Numbered from the stretch's first letter, positions 1-8,893 are shown. The stretch is DNA of 64,000 bases from Thermodesulfobacteriota bacterium (GCA_965205855.1 OZ242184.1:334853-398852); one strand, 5' to 3'. Translations and numbers: made by a program. Notes: generated from the letters alone by a model not told the origin.

Positions 1-28
1 GCGCGGGCGTTTCAACAAGGTAATCACA

Positions 29-2140
29 ATGAGCGGTTCTTCTAAAAAACTCAGAAAAGAGCTTGGCGTAAAAGACATTTTCGCACTCGGAGTTGGCACC
101 TCCCTGAGCGCGGGGCTTTTTCTTCTTCCCGGTATTGCCGCGAAGGAATTCGGGCTTGGCTCATCGGTCGTCATAGCTTATATGGTGGCCGTTTTTGCCC
201 TTGTTCCAGTCATATTCAGTATAGCCGAGCTTTCAACCGCCATGCCCAGAGCGGGAGGCGTCTATTATTTCATAGACCGCTCTCTGGGGCCTCTTTTCGG
301 CACCGTGGGGGGAATTGGCAGCTGGCTGGCCCTTGTTCTCAAATCCGCTTTCGCGCTTATCGGTATGGGTTACTACCTGTTGCATTTTTTCCCGGATTAT
401 AGTAATTATGTTGTTCCGTTCTCAATCTTCTCCTGCTTTGTCATAGGAATGGTTAACGCCGTCGGGGCAAAGGGAAGCGGCGATTTCCAGAAGCTACTTG
501 TTACCATTCTCATTTTGACGCTCACGGTTTTCATTGCCGTGGGCATTCCGGAAATTGATTCGGCGAACCTGTCAACATTTTTTGAATTTTCGCCCGAAGC
601 GATGCTTGCCACTTCCGCGATGGTCTATATCAGTTACGCGGGGATAACAAAGGTTACTAGTCTCTCGGAGGAGGTTAAAGACCCCGAGCGCACCATTCCG
701 CTTGGGATGTTTTATGCGCTTGGCGTATCCGTTTTAATTTACGGGCTTGGCATTCTTGTAATGGTCGGTGTCATTCCCGGAAAGGAAGTGCTCGGGGACT
801 ATACCCTTGCTGCGGACGCCGCGGGAGCGGTTCTCGGCAAGACGGGACTTCACATCATATCCTTTGCGGCCATTGCCGCGTTTATCTCGGTCGCAAACGC
901 TGGAACGCTTACCGCATCGCGCTACCCTCTGGCAATGAGCCGGGACGATGTTATGCCACGCGTTTTTATGAAAATTTCACAAAACGGCACGCCCGTCTAT
1001 GCCCTTGCGCTGACGGTGCTTGCGGTCACGGTTGTGCTTGTTCTTCTTGACCCTATCAGGATTGTAAAACTTGCAAGTGCTTTTCAGCTTTTTGTGTTTG
1101 CGATTGTGTGTTTTTCCGTGATTGTGATGAGAGAAAGTAGAATTGAGTCATACGACCCGGGATACAAATCTCCTTTTTATCCCTGGATGCAGTTTGCCGG
1201 CATTCTTTTCTCTCTCTGGTTGTTTTTCAGTTTCGGTTTTATGGCAAAGTTTTTCACCGCAGTTGTCGTAGCCGTGTGCGTGATATGGTATCGGTTTTAT
1301 GTCCGAGGCGGTGCCGAGAGAGGCGGAGCGATATTTCATCTGTTTGAAAAACTCGGGCGTTCAAGATACGACGGTCTGGACACCGAACTAAGGGGAATAC
1401 TCAAAGAAAAGGGCTTGCGCAAAGAAGACCCGTTTGACCGCCTTATGGTGGGAAGCGGAGTGATTGATTTGAAAGACCGTGACGGGCTTGATTTTGAGAT
1501 GGTCGCCCATCTTGTGGCGGAGAAACTGTGTCAACGCATAAGGCATTTCTCTCCCGCGGAAATTGCGCGGCTTTTTATAGAAAACACCGGAGTTGGCATG
1601 ACACCTGTTACCGGAGACGGCGTAGCTCTTCCGCATTTGAGGCTTGCCGGGCTTGACAATATGGAGATTGTGATGGTTCGCTCGCGCCGCGGGGTCGGTA
1701 TCCGTGCAAGTGGCGAAGAACCCATGCAGTCCGCATCCTCGGCGAAAGCGCTGTTTTTTCTCGTAAGTCCCAAGGACGACCCCAACCTGCATCTCAGAAT
1801 ACTCGCCAGAATGGCAAGCATAGTTGAAGATGAAAGCTTTCACAGAGATTGGATGAGAGCTCCCGGAGAGGATGAACTCAGGGAAATATTCACGCGCAGT
1901 GAGCAGATAATCACTTTTGAAATCGGCCCCTGGGACAGTCCGTCCCATGCTCTTGTCGGCAAGCCGTTGAGGAATTCCAAATTGCCTCAGGGCTGTCTTG
2001 TGGCCCTTGTCAAGAAAGCCGGGCACGCTGTTGTTCCCGGTCCGATGACCGTTTTGGAGCAGGGGGATTCCGTAACTTTTGTCGGAGAGCCCGAAGCGAT
2101 TGAAGAGGTTAAAAGAAGATATCTGTGGACGGGGAACTGA
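29..2140 (+). CDS. APC-family amino acid permease fused to C-terminal PTS EIIA(Ntr)-type and TrkA-C regulatory domains
   Basis: The N-terminal 430 aa are multi-TM with APC permease-like motifs. The C-terminus has a GVALPHLRL motif typical of PTS_EIIA_2 (phosphorylatable His) and a VTFVGEPEAIEEV TrkA-C-like tail. Confidence 0.65.
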   Translation: MSGSSKKLRKELGVKDIFALGVGTSLSAGLFLLPGIAAKEFGLGSSVVIAYMVAVFALVPVIFSIAELSTAMPRAGGVYYFIDRSLGPLFGTVGGIGSWLALVLKSAFALIGMGYYLLHFFPDYSNYVVPFSIFSCFVIGMVNAVGAKGSGDFQKLLVTILILTLTVFIAVGIPEIDSANLSTFFEFSPEAMLATSAMVYISYAGITKVTSLSEEVKDPERTIPLGMFYALGVSVLIYGLGILVMVGVIPGKEVLGDYTLAADAAGAVLGKTGLHIISFAAIAAFISVANAGTLTASRYPLAMSRDDVMPRVFMKISQNGTPVYALALTVLAVTVVLVLLDPIRIVKLASAFQLFVFAIVCFSVIVMRESRIESYDPGYKSPFYPWMQFAGILFSLWLFFSFGFMAKFFTAVVVAVCVIWYRFYVRGGAERGGAIFHLFEKLGRSRYDGLDTELRGILKEKGLRKEDPFDRLMVGSGVIDLKDRDGLDFEMVAHLVAEKLCQRIRHFSPAEIARLFIENTGVGMTPVTGDGVALPHLRLAGLDNMEIVMVRSRRGVGIRASGEEPMQSASSAKALFFLVSPKDDPNLHLRILARMASIVEDESFHRDWMRAPGEDELREIFTRSEQIITFEIGPWDSPSHALVGKPLRNSKLPQGCLVALVKKAGHAVVPGPMTVLEQGDSVTFVGEPEAIEEVKRRYLWTGN

Positions 2141-2796
2141 GACAGTTGAAATACAAAGCCGTAATTTTTGACCTTGACGGGACGCTTGTTGACTCGGTTG
2201 CAGACATAGCCAATGCCGCCAATGCGTCTTTACAACGCAACGGGTTTCCCCACCGGGATGTTGACGAATACAGGCTTTTCATAGGCGAGGGCGCTGAGGG
2301 AATGATAAAAAAAGCTCTTCCCCAAAATGCCTCCAGGGCGGACATAGGCAGATGTCTTGAGGGTTTTATGCTGTCCTACAGAGAGGGTTTTGATGTTCTC
2401 ACAAAACCTTACGATGGCATAGAGAAGTTGCTTGGCGCTCTTTGCGGCGGCGGCGTAACGATTGCCGTGCTTTCCAACAAGCCGCAGGAGATGACTTCAA
2501 AGATTGTCCGCAGTCTTCTTTCGGACTGGCCGTTTGCCGAGATTGTCGGACACAGCGGTGAGACTCCGCGAAAGCCCGACCCCGCCGGAGCTCTGGGACT
2601 CTGTTCAAGGATTTCGATTGGCCCGGAGCAAACCGCGTTTGTGGGGGATTCTGCCATAGACATGAAAACTGCGGTTGCCGCCGGGATGCTTCCCGTTGGG
2701 GTACTTTGGGGATTTCGCAGCAGAGACGAGCTTGTCGGCGCCGGAGCGCGTTATGTTATGGAGCATCCAGCCGACCTTACGGATATTATAGGATAG
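2125..2796 (+). CDS. HAD-superfamily phosphatase (phosphoglycolate phosphatase-like)
   Basis: VIFDLDGTLVDS motif I, a SNKP motif and a GDS..D motif IV. Overlaps the upstream ORF by 16 nt. Confidence 0.7.
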   Translation: MDGELRQLKYKAVIFDLDGTLVDSVADIANAANASLQRNGFPHRDVDEYRLFIGEGAEGMIKKALPQNASRADIGRCLEGFMLSYREGFDVLTKPYDGIEKLLGALCGGGVTIAVLSNKPQEMTSKIVRSLLSDWPFAEIVGHSGETPRKPDPAGALGLCSRISIGPEQTAFVGDSAIDMKTAVAAGMLPVGVLWGFRSRDELVGAGARYVMEHPADLTDIIG

Positions 2797-2806
2797 GATT
2801 CAAACT

Positions 2807-3970
2807 GTGAGCGGATTTTGCGCAAAAGGCATAAAAACACGGCTTGGAATTCTCGGTGGCGGCCAGCTTGGCAAGATGCTGTGCCTTGCCGCAGCCGAAT
2901 GGAATTTGCCGACAATGATTCTTGACCCTTCGGGCGACTGTCCGGCGTCTTCGGTCTGCTCGGATTTTACAAAGGGGGATTTCAAAAATGCCTCCGATGT
3001 GATGAATTTCGGACACGGCGCGGACATGTTGACCATAGAGATAGAGCATGTGAACACGGACGCGCTCAAGACTCTTGAGCGCGATGGAACGATGACAAAT
3101 CCCTCGCCTGAAGTTATTTCGCTTATACAGGACAAGGGGCTTCAGAAACAGTTTTACTCGGAGCGGGGGATTCCCTCGCCGGATTTCTCCCTTTTTGACA
3201 CTCCGCGTGAGATTGCGGATGCGGTTGCGGGCGGCGCGCTCAAACTTCCTTTTGTGCAGAAACTTCGCACAAGCGGCTATGACGGGCGGGGTGTATCGGT
3301 TGTCCGTTCGGAGTCTGACCTCGGGCGGCTTCTTGACGGCCCTTCGGTTGTTGAAACCTTTGTTGACATAGAAAGAGAACTGTCGGTTATCGTGGCGCGC
3401 AACGGGAGCGGGCAGACCGCATGTTTTCCGCCTGTTGAGTTGATATTCAACAGCGAGGCAAACCTTGTGGAGTATCTTGTTTGTCCCGTGGAGAATGTTG
3501 ACCCCGTGGCACTTACGGAGGCGGAGAAAATTGCGCTTGAGATTGCGGATTCTCTGTCGCTGCGGGGAATAATAGCGGTTGAGATTTTTCTTTCCACAGA
3601 CGGGCGGGTTATGGTTAACGAGGCCGCTCCGCGTCCGCACAACAGCGGACATCACACAATAGAGGCGTGCGTGACATCGCAATACGAGCAGTGCCTTCGC
3701 GCCGTGCTGGATTTGCCGCTTGGCGGCACGGCTCTTAAAACTCCGTCTGTTATGGTTAACATTCTGGGCAAGCCGGGGTATGAGGGGGAAGCGATATACA
3801 GCGGATTGGATGAGTGCATGAGGGTGAGCGGGGCGAGCTTTCACATCTACGGAAAGACGCGCACAAAACCATTCAGAAAGATGGGGCATGTTACGGTTAC
3901 CGACAGGGATATAAAAAATGCTTTGACAAAGGCGCGGTTCATAAAACAAAATCTTAGGGTGGTGTCATGA
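2807..3970 (+). CDS. purK: N5-carboxyaminoimidazole ribonucleotide synthase (ATP-grasp)
   Basis: ILGGGQLGKM N-terminus, ATP-grasp motifs, followed by purE with a 4-nt overlap. Confidence 0.85.
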   Translation: MSGFCAKGIKTRLGILGGGQLGKMLCLAAAEWNLPTMILDPSGDCPASSVCSDFTKGDFKNASDVMNFGHGADMLTIEIEHVNTDALKTLERDGTMTNPSPEVISLIQDKGLQKQFYSERGIPSPDFSLFDTPREIADAVAGGALKLPFVQKLRTSGYDGRGVSVVRSESDLGRLLDGPSVVETFVDIERELSVIVARNGSGQTACFPPVELIFNSEANLVEYLVCPVENVDPVALTEAEKIALEIADSLSLRGIIAVEIFLSTDGRVMVNEAAPRPHNSGHHTIEACVTSQYEQCLRAVLDLPLGGTALKTPSVMVNILGKPGYEGEAIYSGLDECMRVSGASFHIYGKTRTKPFRKMGHVTVTDRDIKNALTKARFIKQNLRVVS

Positions 3971-4488
3971 GCAAACCGGTTGTAAGCGTTGTTATGGGTT
4001 CTGATTCGGACCTTGGGGTTATGAAAAAGGCGGCGGCCTTTCTTGAGGGTTTGGGAGTTCCCGTTGAGGTTACAATCGTGAGCGCTCACAGAACCCCGCA
4101 GCGGCTTTTTGATTTTGCGCAAAACGCGCACACGCGCGGGATAGATGTAATCATTGCCGGCGCGGGAGGCGCGGCGCATCTGCCCGGAATGATAGCGTCT
4201 ATTTCCCCGCTTCCGGTTATCGGCGTGCCGATTAACTCTTCAAACTCCATTGACGGTGTGGATTCGGTTCTTTCAATTCTCCAGATGCCCGCTGGTGTTC
4301 CGGTTGCGACTGTTGCCGTTGACGGCGGCGAGAATGCGGGAATTCTCGCGGCGGAGATTCTTGCGGTGAAAGCCCCCGCGCTTCGGGATAAAATTGTTGA
4401 GTTTAAAAAGGGACTTGCGGACGGCGTGAGGAAGAAGTTTGAACGGCTTGAGAAAGAGGGTTATGTGGAGTATTTGAAAGGGAAATGA
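3967..4488 (+). CDS. purE: N5-CAIR mutase
   Basis: VVMGSDSDLGVMKKAA and GAGGAAHLPGM motifs. Confidence 0.9.
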   Translation: MSKPVVSVVMGSDSDLGVMKKAAAFLEGLGVPVEVTIVSAHRTPQRLFDFAQNAHTRGIDVIIAGAGGAAHLPGMIASISPLPVIGVPINSSNSIDGVDSVLSILQMPAGVPVATVAVDGGENAGILAAEILAVKAPALRDKIVEFKKGLADGVRKKFERLEKEGYVEYLKGK

Positions 4489-5087
4489 CTTGGAAAGAGT
4501 TTGTTTATGATTTAGTAGTTCAACACTGCGAAAGGAGTGGTGAGAGAGCTTTTACCCTTCAAGAGCTTCAGAAGCAAAACAAAGACGAAATTTCCGGTTT
4601 CAGAGATAAGGCAAAAACTCCGAACGCGACAGTAAGAAGAGTCCTTCAAGAATTAAGGGACGTTGACCTTATAGCGTTTAAAAGCAAAGGGGAATATTGT
4701 TTACGAGGACAGGATTTGCCAATTCTGCAAGCCGGAGCGGAAGATGAGAGCCTTATTGAGATAATTAAAAAATCTCCCGTGGAAAAGAGAGAATATTTTT
4801 TTGAGGTATTTGTCAGAGACGCCTCTTGGAAAACAAAAGCCACAAAGGTTTTCGGTTTTGACTGTTTACTACCAAAATGCGTTAATTCATTCATCAAAGA
4901 GGACGGAACGCCTTATATTGAGGTTCATCACATTAAGTCTCTTTGCGAAGGCGGAGAGAATAATATTGGGAATTTATCTGTTGTGTGCGCGCACCATCAC
5001 AGGATGGCGCATTATGCGGATGTCCGCACACGGGAAGATATTCAAAACATATTGATTGAGAAAAACGGAAGTATCATTTCCGATTGA
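4485..5087 (+). CDS. HNH endonuclease with N-terminal winged-helix-like domain (McrA-like or restriction-associated)
   Basis: C-terminal HH..(N)..CxxHH motif (VHHIKSLCEGGENNIGNLSVVCAHHHRMAH). Low GC compared with its neighbours. The start ATG overlaps the purE stop (ATGA). Confidence 0.65.
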   Translation: MTWKEFVYDLVVQHCERSGERAFTLQELQKQNKDEISGFRDKAKTPNATVRRVLQELRDVDLIAFKSKGEYCLRGQDLPILQAGAEDESLIEIIKKSPVEKREYFFEVFVRDASWKTKATKVFGFDCLLPKCVNSFIKEDGTPYIEVHHIKSLCEGGENNIGNLSVVCAHHHRMAHYADVRTREDIQNILIEKNGSIISD

Positions 5088-5089
5088 AG

Positions 5090-5275
5090 TTACTGAAAAT
5101 TGTCAATAATTGTGGAAAGGTCTTTGATGCAATATCTTTCAATGACTTTTCCGTCCAGCCAAATCCATAGTTCCTCTCCGTCAAAATCCAGTTCGTCATA
5201 CGGTTCGTTGGTTGTTTTGAAATAGCGATAGATTGAATTCCATTGTTTTGAGATTGTGTCGTTAGTCTTGTGCAT
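5090..5275 (-). CDS. small hypothetical protein (61 aa) at the 3' end of the restriction-modification operon
   Basis: ORF only. Low-GC and same-strand, 1 nt downstream of the methyltransferase gene. Confidence 0.3.
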   Translation of the reverse strand: MHKTNDTISKQWNSIYRYFKTTNEPYDELDFDGEELWIWLDGKVIERYCIKDLSTIIDNFQ

Positions 5276-5276
5276 T

Positions 5277-6164
5277 TTAAGCCCGCCGTAAAGTTTTTCT
5301 TCTTTTTGCAGGGGTTTCTAAAAGTCTTGGCTGATTCTGCAAAGCCTCTTTTTCCATGTCGGGATATTTTTTGTCTCTGATAAATTTCTGTTTGTATTTT
5401 ATATCTATAAAGCCATTTTTCTCTATGCGTTCCAGTATCATTTTATGGTACTTCTTGTTTGTCTCACAGGACAGAAAGTTTCTCTTGAGGTTTTTTGTGA
5501 GGATTATTTCGGAACCGCTTCCGCCAAAAAGAATAAACACATTATCCTTTTCCACAGTGCAGGATTTGATAAGCATTTCAACAAGAGGCAGTGGAATCTG
5601 GCAGGAATGAAAGGTTTTGTCTTTTGAAACATTTTTTACTAAGTCAAAGTAAAACCATGAATAGGGCATTCTGCCTTTGTGTCCTTCTGCAATTCTTTGT
5701 TTTATCCTTCTGTCTTCGGGGTTTTGATATGGAACCGCCACTTGGTCTTTGTAGAAGTTATTGTCCTTCGTTTTTGTCGCGTGAAGTATTGAGCGGTGTG
5801 CTGTGGTAAAACGCTTTTTTGAATGCCCAACGTTTGTATTGTAAACCCAAGCGTAATCGTGAACTTCATAAGCTGCTTCATCAAGAAAATTAACCCGAAG
5901 ATATGAGTTTTGTTTTGGATAGTTAAGCAGAAAAAGATTTCCTTCTGGTTTTAAAACTCGCAAGCTTTCTTTTGCGAGCTCCGAATACCAGGCAATATAA
6001 GATTGCCAAGCCTTTCTGTGTTTTTCTCCTCCAGCGTAAACTATGCCGACATTGTAGTCAGGGTCTCCATAGACCATATCAAGACAGTTGTCTGGGAGTT
6101 TTTTTAAGACTTTTAGAACATCCTCATTGACAACGGAGTTTCTGTATTTGTTCGGCAATCTCAT
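5277..6164 (-). CDS. beta-class DNA methyltransferase (N6-adenine or N4-cytosine)
   Basis: Motif IV DPDY (DPPY-like) near the N-terminus, followed by motif I FGGSGS. This order is typical of beta-class amino-MTases. There is a HxxQxPxxL pre-motif. Confidence 0.8.
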   Translation of the reverse strand: MRLPNKYRNSVVNEDVLKVLKKLPDNCLDMVYGDPDYNVGIVYAGGEKHRKAWQSYIAWYSELAKESLRVLKPEGNLFLLNYPKQNSYLRVNFLDEAAYEVHDYAWVYNTNVGHSKKRFTTAHRSILHATKTKDNNFYKDQVAVPYQNPEDRRIKQRIAEGHKGRMPYSWFYFDLVKNVSKDKTFHSCQIPLPLVEMLIKSCTVEKDNVFILFGGSGSEIILTKNLKRNFLSCETNKKYHKMILERIEKNGFIDIKYKQKFIRDKKYPDMEKEALQNQPRLLETPAKRRKTLRRA

Positions 6165-6955
6165 TTATTTACCAATTTGTACTCTGCGGCTTTTAAAAGT
6201 TGTATTGAAGTCATGTCGCCTGGTTTTTTAAATGAGTAAAGATAAAGTCTCAAAACAGATTCGTTTTCAACATTGTCTCTTAACAGATAGCAACAGTTTA
6301 TTTGTTTCATCTCAAGACCTTCTTCTTTTTTTAGGTCTGAAAAATAAACAAAAGGAATATAGATTTGATAAACAGCAAAATCACCCAAAAAACCGTTTTT
6401 ACCTTCAACGACAGTTACTACTCCGTTGTGTTCAAAAGTCTGGTCTATTTCCATTTGTAAGTTTGTGGTCTTTATTTTTTGCTTGCCTACATTATAGGAG
6501 ATAGTTTTCTTGGTTCTTCTTGATTGATACACTTTCGCTTCTATATTCTCATTTCCGTAAAGGAAGTGATGAGTTATTCTCTGGTTGAATGCTACAGATA
6601 GAATGTTACTTTCGCTTGTATCATACTCATTGAGCAAACTTTTTCTGTATGTCCAGTTTTGGATATTCTTTTCGGGAATCGTTTCAAATTTGTGATAGCC
6701 ATTTTTGATGCCTTTCACAAATTGGTGCTTACCTTCGCCCAAATGTAAGATGAAGAAATCTTTTGCTTTCAGAAGTTCGGGAAGTTTTTCGGTTGAGTCA
6801 ATTTTTGTTACATCAAACGGGTTTCCAAACCCAACTTCTTTTGAAATTTCCTTTACGAGGTCATTGTGGAAAACAAAGTGTTTCTTCTGTAGACAATGTT
6901 GCAAAAGCTTCGTTTGCAACTGTTTTTTCTTACCTTCTATTTTTTCTTTAGTCAA
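6161..6955 (-). CDS. putative type II restriction endonuclease (PD-(D/E)xK candidate)
   Basis: Immediately upstream of the MTase on the same strand with a 4-nt overlap. Candidate catalytic motif EID...(15 aa)...VEGK. AT-rich codon usage. Confidence 0.45.
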   Translation of the reverse strand: MTKEKIEGKKKQLQTKLLQHCLQKKHFVFHNDLVKEISKEVGFGNPFDVTKIDSTEKLPELLKAKDFFILHLGEGKHQFVKGIKNGYHKFETIPEKNIQNWTYRKSLLNEYDTSESNILSVAFNQRITHHFLYGNENIEAKVYQSRRTKKTISYNVGKQKIKTTNLQMEIDQTFEHNGVVTVVEGKNGFLGDFAVYQIYIPFVYFSDLKKEEGLEMKQINCCYLLRDNVENESVLRLYLYSFKKPGDMTSIQLLKAAEYKLVNK

Positions 6956-7030
6956 AGATGTATCTCTCTGGCGTGTTCTTCAATATTAGAAGACCCGTTG
7001 ACTCAAATAATGTCTTATTCTACCTTACCC

Positions 7031-7495
7031 TCACAACCGTGCGTCAAACTCAAACGGCAGTTTTTTTACCTTCTTAACCACCTGTTCAAAACCCGTATGC
7101 TGCGGGTTCAGTATATAAATCCATTCTCCTGACACAACCGCGCTTGGCACGGCAAGGGCGAGGGTTTTCTTTTTCCAGAGCCAAAAGTCGCCGATTATTG
7201 CGGTTTCTTGCGGCGACGGGTTGGCTCGCCAGTTACTTGGCAGTTGTTTTTGTTTCAAATACAACACATCTTTTTCCGGTATTTGCAATTCAAACAAACA
7301 GTATCTGTCCATTTTGATATTCCTTCTCTGATGCACAAACACTTCAAGAATCGCCAGAGACTCCGAACCGGCTGTATAGACGCACGTTGTTCCTATGCTG
7401 CTCCACCTTCCGCCAAATTCTTCAGTTCCTTCACCGCTGAACGCAACGGTTGAATACTCGTCTTTGACAAGCCGGTAAATGTTGAAAACTTTCAA
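7031..7495 (-). CDS. RES-domain toxin (ParT/MbcT-like NAD-targeting toxin)
   Basis: GGRWSSIGTTCVYTAGSESLAILEVFVH matches the RES-domain signature (R...E...S). About 150 aa, 4-nt overlap with the upstream antitoxin. Confidence 0.8.
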   Translation of the reverse strand: MKVFNIYRLVKDEYSTVAFSGEGTEEFGGRWSSIGTTCVYTAGSESLAILEVFVHQRRNIKMDRYCLFELQIPEKDVLYLKQKQLPSNWRANPSPQETAIIGDFWLWKKKTLALAVPSAVVSGEWIYILNPQHTGFEQVVKKVKKLPFEFDARL

Positions 7496-7851
7496 ACAAA
7501 AATCCCGTGCTCAAGACACCCTATCAAATTCAGAATCTGGTCGCTCTCAACCGATGTTCCGAGCAAATCAACGGGCTTTTTGTATCCGAGACCGCGAACG
7601 GGATGAGTTAGCCAATCCATTGCCGCCTCTTTGTCGCCCGCGAAAAGCCCCGTTGCCGCTTCCAGAACTTTGACAAACCTGTATAGACGGTCGCTCTCGT
7701 TTTTGTTGAACCTTCCAGCCTTTGCCCGCCGCTGAAGTGTGGCGGGAGAAATTAACGTTATTCTCGCAAGCTCTTTTTTATCAAGCCCGGAAATGGCGGA
7801 GAGTTTGTTGTAAATCTGATAGGAAAACCCTTCATTCAACGCCTCATGCAA
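7492..7851 (-). CDS. Xre-like antitoxin with DUF2384 domain (ParS/MbcA-like)
   Basis: About 120 aa with HTH-like TLISPATLQRR and a C-terminal DUF2384-like region (DWLTHPVRGLGYKKPVDLL), the canonical partner of RES toxins. Confidence 0.75.
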   Translation of the reverse strand: MHEALNEGFSYQIYNKLSAISGLDKKELARITLISPATLQRRAKAGRFNKNESDRLYRFVKVLEAATGLFAGDKEAAMDWLTHPVRGLGYKKPVDLLGTSVESDQILNLIGCLEHGIFV

Positions 7852-7933
7852 CTTTGCCCCTTGCCGGGGAACTCCGGTTGCATACCATATATCTTTGTTT
7901 TTCTCTTCTGCCGCTATCTTGCGTATCCTTCAC

Positions 7934-7956
7934 TTGATATATTAGCATTATATCAA
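7934..7956 (-). promoter_or_regulatory. perfect 8-bp inverted repeat TTGATATA-N7-TATATCAA overlapping the -10 (TATAAT) of a minus-strand promoter (-35 TTGTCT at 7969-7974); likely autoregulatory operator of the RES-Xre operon
   Basis: Read directly from the sequence. Spacer 16 nt, extended -10 TGnTATAAT. Located about 90 nt upstream of the antitoxin start and overlapping the ctaB stop codon. Confidence 0.55.
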
Positions 7957-8892
7957 ATGATACAACGAAGACAAGCTCGCGACTTCAATCAATTCCATAA
8001 TTTTTTTGATTTCTCTGTCTCTTGTCGCTATATCCACAATCAGCGCGGTCATTATCATCAGCATATAGATGATTGACGCCCCAAACGCAGTTTCATATCC
8101 TCTGCCCCTGACCGCGCACCTTATAACCATGAAGTTGAAGTAGATGCCAAGGGCAAGCGCGGCGGCGGCAAAGTAGGCGGTCGCCATTCCGGTAAGAAAC
8201 ATTGTAAGGGTCAGTGGAATAAGTGAGATTGAATAGAGAACAATCAGAATGTTTGTGTATTTTTCACCGAACGCCACAGGAAGAACGTCAATTCCGGCTT
8301 TTTCATATTCATGGCTGTATTTCTGCGCAAGTGCCCAGAAGTGCGGCGGTTGCCACAACATCATAAAAATAAAAAGCAGAAGCGCGTCCGCGCCGATTTC
8401 GGGACTGATTGCCGTGTACCCGATAAGCACCGGAAGCGCGCCCGGGATTCCGCCGAGAATGGTTCCGAACGGGGAGTTTCTTTTGAGAAACATCGTGTAG
8501 AGAACCGTGTAACTCGCCGCGGCAAGGGTGATTAACAAAGCGTTGGGAAGATTTATCCAGATTGCGGAGACAACTGTCGCGCCTCCCATGAGAATGAATG
8601 ACAAAACAGCCGCGTTTTTCTCTCCAAGAAGCTCAAGCGCGTTCACTCTCGCGCAAAGTCTGTCCATAAGTTTGTCGGATTTTCTGTCCAGAAAGTTGTT
8701 GAAGATTGCCGAACCGGCCGCCGCAACCATAAGGGTAATGCAACCAAGCAAGGCGGTTTTTATTTCGGGGATACCACCGCCGGAAAGAACCATCCCGGCA
8801 AACCCGGTGAATACGACGCTGAGGATAATTCCCGGTTTTGAGAGGACAACCGCTGAAACCACAATTTCCCGAACGGGTTTTTTGCCGTCCAT
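7948..8892 (-). CDS. ctaB: protoheme IX farnesyltransferase (heme O synthase, UbiA family)
   Basis: UbiA-type multi-TM protein with NxxxDxxxD-like motifs. Start chosen at MDGKKP to abut the ctaA stop; the longer ORF would overlap ctaA by 95 nt. Confidence 0.8.
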   Translation of the reverse strand: MDGKKPVREIVVSAVVLSKPGIILSVVFTGFAGMVLSGGGIPEIKTALLGCITLMVAAAGSAIFNNFLDRKSDKLMDRLCARVNALELLGEKNAAVLSFILMGGATVVSAIWINLPNALLITLAAASYTVLYTMFLKRNSPFGTILGGIPGALPVLIGYTAISPEIGADALLLFIFMMLWQPPHFWALAQKYSHEYEKAGIDVLPVAFGEKYTNILIVLYSISLIPLTLTMFLTGMATAYFAAAALALGIYFNFMVIRCAVRGRGYETAFGASIIYMLMIMTALIVDIATRDREIKKIMELIEVASLSSLYHLI

Positions 8893-8893
8893 A

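Noticed and set aside
2786-3949. 387-aa minus-strand ORF exactly mirroring purK
   Set aside because: It is Arg-rich and low-complexity, lies antisense to a well-supported gene and carries no motifs. This is a typical spurious antisense ORF in GC-rich coding DNA.
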